Shown here in pieces: positions 59,347 to 64,000 of a stretch of DNA of 64,000 nt. This stretch comes from Lachnospiraceae bacterium. Lineage in GTDB: Bacteria; Bacillota; Clostridia; Lachnospirales; Lachnospiraceae. Every line of letters begins with the position of its first letter. Within the stretch, counting starts at the first letter, position 1. The position numbers and the translations under genes are program-made. The notes under the pieces were generated by a model. It was not told the DNA's origin. It searched no databases and was given only the letters and a program-made list of their open reading frames with translations. Location of the stretch: the NCBI GenBank assembly GCA_014804445.1, contig JAAUZU010000032.1, positions 9,540-73,539 of the forward strand. Direction: 5' to 3'.

Positions 59347-60063
59347 TCATTCACAAAAAAATGCAAAAATCGGCTGTTCGGGACTGACACTATATTCCAT
59401 TTTCTTTCCGCTCACAGGATGCAGAAAGGACAGGTGCACCGCGCACAATGCCACATTGCGAACCTGTAGACTCCCGGATAACGCACGGCTTTTTTCACTT
59501 CCGTATTTGGCATCTCCGAGCAAGGAATATCCTGCGTGAGATAACTGCGCCCTGATTTGATGAAAACGCCCTGTTTTAAGCCGTATCGCAAGCATGGAAA
59601 TTTCTTCCTGCTCCACCTCTTTGGCAGACAGCACCTCAAAGCTTAATGCCGCTTTTTTCGCGCCTTCCGCAGCTATCTTCGCAGACGGCGGACAAATTTT
59701 GGCCAGACCGCCTTCTTTTTTTATATAATCCACAAGCTCCTGCTTTGCAGGCTCCGGCTTTCCACAGACAATCGCAAAATAATCCTTGCAGAAATTTTCT
59801 CCGGCAAGCTGTCTGTTTAGCGCGGCAGCCGCCTGCGGCGTTTTCGCAAACACCAAAACTCCCTCCACCGGCTGGTCCAGCCTGTGAATCACGCCAAGGT
59901 ACGGCTGTTTCCCCCTTTGGCTGCCATCGCTGTTTGCAGCAAGATAATTTTTCAGTTCGCTTTCCACATCCGCCTGCCCGATTCTGCCGGACTGCACCGC
60001 AATGCCTGCCGGTTTGTACACCACGATAATGTGTTTGTCCTCATAGAGAATTTTCGTGCGCAT
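59347..60063 (-). CDS. RluA-family pseudouridine synthase
   Basis: KPAG, IHRLDQPVEG, TGRFHQIR, GDAKYG. Confidence 0.92.
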   Translation of the reverse strand: MRTKILYEDKHIIVVYKPAGIAVQSGRIGQADVESELKNYLAANSDGSQRGKQPYLGVIHRLDQPVEGVLVFAKTPQAAAALNRQLAGENFCKDYFAIVCGKPEPAKQELVDYIKKEGGLAKICPPSAKIAAEGAKKAALSFEVLSAKEVEQEEISMLAIRLKTGRFHQIRAQLSHAGYSLLGDAKYGSEKSRALSGSLQVRNVALCAVHLSFLHPVSGKKMEYSVSPEQPIFAFFCE

Positions 60064-60066
60064 ATT

Positions 60067-60759
60067 TTATACCTTAAACCGATAGCCCACGCCCCAGATA
60101 GTCTCTATATACTGTGGCTTTGCCGTATCGTACTCAATCTTTTCCCGGATCTTTTTGATATGCACGGTGACAGTCGCAATGTCCCCGATGGAATCCATAT
60201 CCCAGATTTCGCGGAAAAGCTCTTCCTTCGTAAATACATGGTTGGGATTTTCCGCAAGAAAAGTAAGCAAATCAAATTCCTTGGTGGTAAACGCCCTTTC
60301 CTCACCGTCCACATACACCCTTCTGGCCGTCTTATCGATGCGGATACCTCTGATTTCCACAATATCATTCTGCGGCTTTGCTGCAGTACCCACCAGCCTG
60401 TCATATCTCGCCATATGCGCCTTGACCCTTGCCACCAGCTCACTAGGGCTGAAAGGCTTCGTCATATAATCGTCCGCGCCCAGTCCTAAGCCACGTATCT
60501 TGTCGATATCGTCCTTTTTGGCGGAGACCATCAGAATCGGAATATTCTTTTCCTCCCGAACCTTGCGGCAGACCTCAAAGCCATCCACCCCGGGCAGCAT
60601 CAAATCCAAAATAACCAAATCAAAATTGCCCTTCAACGCCGCTTCCAGCCCCTCGTCTCCGGTATTTTTGATTTCGACCTCAAAATCGCTGAGCTCCAGA
60701 TAGTCCTTCTCCAAATCTGCAATCGCTTCTTCGTCTTCGATAATTAATATTTTACTCAT
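60067..60759 (-). CDS. OmpR-family response regulator
   Basis: ILIIED, LDLMLP, GADDYMTKPF, ETIWGVGY. Confidence 0.93.
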   Translation of the reverse strand: MSKILIIEDEEAIADLEKDYLELSDFEVEIKNTGDEGLEAALKGNFDLVILDLMLPGVDGFEVCRKVREEKNIPILMVSAKKDDIDKIRGLGLGADDYMTKPFSPSELVARVKAHMARYDRLVGTAAKPQNDIVEIRGIRIDKTARRVYVDGEERAFTTKEFDLLTFLAENPNHVFTKEELFREIWDMDSIGDIATVTVHIKKIREKIEYDTAKPQYIETIWGVGYRFKV

Positions 60760-60795
60760 GGATATTCCTCCTGCTTTTTCTTGTATTTACCTGCA

Positions 60796-62280
60796 TCAGT
60801 CCGCTTCGGCCCGCTGCTCCTTATATTTCCGGATGACAAAATGCATACAGGTGCCTTCCCCTTCTTTGCTGGTGGCCCATATATACCCGCCGTGATCCTC
60901 AATAATTTTCTTTACGATGGACAACCCGATGCCGCTTCCTCCTTTTGAGGAATTGCGGGAAGCATCCGTGCGGTAAAATCTTTCAAAAATCTTCGGCAAA
61001 TCCTTGGCGGCAATCCCCTTGCCATTGTCCTCAATCTCAATCCTGACGGAATCCACCTCATCCAGGATACGAATATCAATGACACCCTTTTCCTTATCTA
61101 TATATTTGATGCTGTTGCCGATAATGTTGTTGATTACCTTCTTCATCTGCTCGGGATCCGCGATAATCATGGTATCCGGCGCCGCCAGATTGGAATAATT
61201 CAATTCAATATTCTTGGATTCCAAATCCAGCCCGACCTCCTCCACACAGTCTCCAAAATAATCGGCTACATTGATTCGGTGGAAATTGTAAGGGATACGG
61301 TTGTTGTCAATACCGGAATACAGCGTCAGCTCGTTAATCAGCTTATCCATATCATTGGCTTTATTGTAAACAGTCTTGATGTATTTATCCATCTTTTCCG
61401 GCGTGTCTGCAACGCCGTCCATAATACCCTCCATGTAGCCCTTGATGGCGGTAATCGGCGTCTTTAAATCGTGGGATATATTGCTGATAAGCTCCTTGTT
61501 CTGCTTCTCCTGCAGCATTTTTTCTTCCGTGGACTCCTTCAGCCTCAGGCGCATATCCTCATAATTACGGTACAAATCCCCGATTTCACCTTTACTGTCC
61601 GTAAAGAGCATATAATCAAAATTGCCATCTTTTATCTTTTTCATCGCCACATTCAACTGATTGATAGGTCCGAACACCCCTCTGTGAATCCATCTTGTCA
61701 GCATAAATGCAGTAAATATAAGGATAATCAGCACTGCCACAAGCATATCTACAAGCAGGGGTCTTGCAATCAGACTAGTAATCCTTGTGACAATAAAAAG
61801 ACTGCCCGGCGTACCGTCTGAAAACACAAAGTCCAACTGCTTTACATATTTTTGGGAGTCGTCAAAAAAATAACCTGTCTCACTCTCCTCATTCTCCTGC
61901 CCATAGTCCGGCAGCCGATGAAAAATCTCCTTTGCCGCCGCCTCATTGCCGGCATAATAAAGCTCTTCTCCTCTTCTGACCAGAATATAACTGTTCCTTC
62001 TGGTAATGCCATCGCTTATCCCTTGCAAATACTCTATATCTTCAAAAGCGGTCGGATTTTCCTCCAAAACATCCGCCAGACTTTCGTATAGAAGCTGGGC
62101 ATACTTCCCTGCCGTCTGCACACTGCCGGACATATCACTAAAATCCACCAGTCCAAAACCATTTAACTGTTCAGCGCGCAAAATCCAGCTCCCGATTAAC
62201 ACAAATGCGGCAATCACCAACACCAAAGGAATCAAAACAATGGCGGCAAAGGTTACCCACAGTCTTGTCCTAAACTTCAT
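60796..62280 (-). CDS. HAMP-domain sensor histidine kinase
   Basis: Two TM, HAMP, SHDLKTPIT, DNGKG, GSGIGL. Confidence 0.93.
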   Translation of the reverse strand: MKFRTRLWVTFAAIVLIPLVLVIAAFVLIGSWILRAEQLNGFGLVDFSDMSGSVQTAGKYAQLLYESLADVLEENPTAFEDIEYLQGISDGITRRNSYILVRRGEELYYAGNEAAAKEIFHRLPDYGQENEESETGYFFDDSQKYVKQLDFVFSDGTPGSLFIVTRITSLIARPLLVDMLVAVLIILIFTAFMLTRWIHRGVFGPINQLNVAMKKIKDGNFDYMLFTDSKGEIGDLYRNYEDMRLRLKESTEEKMLQEKQNKELISNISHDLKTPITAIKGYMEGIMDGVADTPEKMDKYIKTVYNKANDMDKLINELTLYSGIDNNRIPYNFHRINVADYFGDCVEEVGLDLESKNIELNYSNLAAPDTMIIADPEQMKKVINNIIGNSIKYIDKEKGVIDIRILDEVDSVRIEIEDNGKGIAAKDLPKIFERFYRTDASRNSSKGGSGIGLSIVKKIIEDHGGYIWATSKEGEGTCMHFVIRKYKEQRAEAD

Positions 62281-62453
62281 AACAACTCTGCCTTTCCGAA
62301 AATCTTCCTGTCCCGCATATACCGGACAGTTTATATCTTATCATATAGTCGATTATAACATGGGATACTGGAAAAAGAAATTAACTACACAGAAGATTAT
62401 CCTAAAAAAATTATAAACTATAGCGGTTTTTTTCAATATTTCCCATCACCCTA

Positions 62454-62503
62454 TTGACAATCCTTGAAATATCGCTATAATAAAACAGTAATCATTATCG
62501 TTT
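62454..62503 (+). promoter_or_regulatory. Sigma-A promoter with overlapping Fur/PerR-type box
   Basis: TTGACA-16 nt-TATAAT followed by dyad AAACAGTAATCATTATCGTTT. Confidence 0.7.
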
Positions 62504-62517
62504 TGGAAGGAGGAAGT

Positions 62518-62919
62518 ATGGCGACCAAGTACAGCAGGCAGCGTGAAGAAATCAAAACTTACCTTGCTTCCCGTAAGGACCATCCGACAGCAGACAATGT
62601 CTACATGGCAATTCGCAGACAGATTCCCAATATCAGCCTTGGAACTGTATACCGTAATCTCACCATGCTGGTTGACGCAGGTGAAATCACACGGCTCCGC
62701 GTCGGAGATGGCGTAGACCATTTTGATTATGATACTTCCCCTCATTATCATTTTGTATGCACCGAGTGCGGCAGTGTAATTGATCTCGATATGCAGAATA
62801 TTGACTCCATTTTAAAGCTTGCCGGCGCCGGTTTCGACGGCAAAATTGCCGGACATGTCACCTATTTTTACGGCGTTTGCGGAAACTGCTGTAAAAAGGA
62901 AAATTCAGAAAGTAATTAA
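62518..62919 (+). CDS. perR: Fur-family repressor, PerR-like
   Basis: HPTAD, SLGTVYRNL, HYHFVCTECG, CGNC; upstream of rubrerythrin. Confidence 0.8.
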   Translation: MATKYSRQREEIKTYLASRKDHPTADNVYMAIRRQIPNISLGTVYRNLTMLVDAGEITRLRVGDGVDHFDYDTSPHYHFVCTECGSVIDLDMQNIDSILKLAGAGFDGKIAGHVTYFYGVCGNCCKKENSESN

Positions 62920-62945
62920 ATTTTATATAAAAAGGAGAGAAAAGT

Positions 62946-63485
62946 ATGAAGTATGTATGTCAAGTTTGCGGTTATGTTCACGAAGGAGATTCCGCACCGG
63001 CTGAATGTCCTATCTGCCACGCTCCCGCTGAGAAGTTTACGGTTCAGGCTGGCGAAAAAACTTGGGCTGCAGAGCATGTAGTAGGCGTAGCACAGGGCGT
63101 TCCTGAAGACATTATCAAGGATCTTCGTGCAAATTTTGAAGGAGAATGTTCTGAAGTTGGTATGTACCTCGCAATGGCAAGAGTTGCTCACAGAGAAGGC
63201 TATCCTGAAATCGGTCTGTACTGGGAGAAAGCAGCTTACGAAGAAGCAGAGCATGCAGCGAAGTTTGCAGAGCTGTTAGGCGAAGTCGTAACCGATTCCA
63301 CCAAGAAGAATCTGGAAATGAGAGTAGACGCTGAGAACGGCGCTACCGCAGGCAAGTTTGACCTTGCAAAGAGAGCAAAAGCAGCTAACCTTGATGCTAT
63401 CCACGACACCGTTCATGAAATGGCACGCGATGAGGCAAGACACGGAAAAGCATTTGAAGGTCTGTTGAAGAGATATTTTAGCTAA
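62946..63485 (+). CDS. Reverse rubrerythrin (NADH peroxidase)
   Basis: N-terminal CQVC..CPIC rubredoxin-like domain, EEAEH and DEARH diiron motifs. Confidence 0.92.
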   Translation: MKYVCQVCGYVHEGDSAPAECPICHAPAEKFTVQAGEKTWAAEHVVGVAQGVPEDIIKDLRANFEGECSEVGMYLAMARVAHREGYPEIGLYWEKAAYEEAEHAAKFAELLGEVVTDSTKKNLEMRVDAENGATAGKFDLAKRAKAANLDAIHDTVHEMARDEARHGKAFEGLLKRYFS

Positions 63486-63499
63486 GGAGGTAAACCATT

Positions 63500-63673
63500 A
63501 TGAAGAAATATTTTTGCAACCCTTGTGGATATACATATGATCCTGAAAAAGGTGATCCTGAGCATGGCATTGCTCCCGGCACAGCATTTGAGGATCTGCC
63601 GGATGACTGGTGCTGCCCTCTGTGCGGCGTAACCAAGGATATGTTCCAGCCTTGCATTGATAACTACAACTAA
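63500..63673 (+). CDS. Rubredoxin
   Basis: Not in ORF track (57 aa): [43 protein letters not shown]..; AAGGAGG RBS. Confidence 0.95.
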   Translation: MKKYFCNPCGYTYDPEKGDPEHGIAPGTAFEDLPDDWCCPLCGVTKDMFQPCIDNYN

Positions 63674-63684
63674 ATAATGCACAT

Positions 63685-63719
63685 AAGGGAACAAATCAGA
63701 AATGGTTTGTTCCCTTTTT
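63685..63719 (+). terminator. Intrinsic terminator
   Basis: AAGGGAACAAATCA...TGGTTTGTTCCCTTTTT. Confidence 0.8.
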
Positions 63720-63847
63720 CTTATCAGCTATTACAAGGCACTAAGGTAACAGACAAAAGAAAATGAGAGACGCAAGGTTGCGATTTCTTGACAACCGCAT
63801 TTTTATAATATAATATGCTTATAAACATTTCTTTAGGAGGTAAAGTG

Positions 63848-64000
63848 ATGTACAAGTTCATAATGTATGCGTGTGTTATTGTTATGGGGGTTATGGGCAT
63901 TCTGATGGCAGTTGCACCAAAGGTAATAGCTAAAAAATCGTTTTCCGAAAGTCCGGCAAAGTTAATGATTGTACGGATAATGGGCGCAATTATTGCAATT
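63848..64000 (+). CDS. Small membrane protein, truncated by window edge
   Basis: AGGAGG RBS; MYKFIMYACVIVMGVMGILMAVAPK... Confidence 0.6.
   Translation, partial: MYKFIMYACVIVMGVMGILMAVAPKVIAKKSFSESPAKLMIVRIMGAIIAI

Noticed and set aside
1-64000. CRISPR array, rRNA, intact transposase, reverse transcriptase or prophage structural genes
   Set aside because: None recognised by eye; short or degenerate arrays could have been missed without computation

Overview
Chromosomal window from a low-to-mid GC Firmicute, most likely a gut Lachnospiraceae (inferred from gene content and Shine-Dalgarno usage). Most genes are on the minus strand. Left end (1-4.6 kb): decayed remnant of a serine-recombinase element next to the 3' end of rlmD. 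4.7-24 kb: housekeeping and transport genes (rlmD, yhaM, degenerate HtrA, MMPL/heptad-repeat/TetR, tRNA-Gly, fprA, tlpA/ccdA, metY-LytTR-kinase-ABC). 24.3-35.7 kb: a defence-island-like block with an internally deleted ART-like gene, NERD-HRDC, MutT, Vsr, an AspBHI-like 5mC-dependent nuclease, the scar of a deleted HaeIII-like methyltransferase locus, an Hna-like SF2 helicase-nuclease and a WYL-like/SF1 helicase/DUF2726 protein. 36-50 kb: stress and drug-response genes, a secreted amidase with two diversified downstream paralogs, and an ABC-F gene with an attenuator-like leader. 50-64 kb: coaBC/panT, two-component systems, and perR-rubrerythrin-rubredoxin. Most notable unannotated signals: (1) a ~200-230 bp non-coding element present twice that folds into a long nested hairpin with compensatory changes between copies; (2) a repeat-bounded amidase/putative immunity tandem cassette; (3) microhomology-type deletion scars in defence genes. 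All family calls are from motif recognition by eye; no searches were run.
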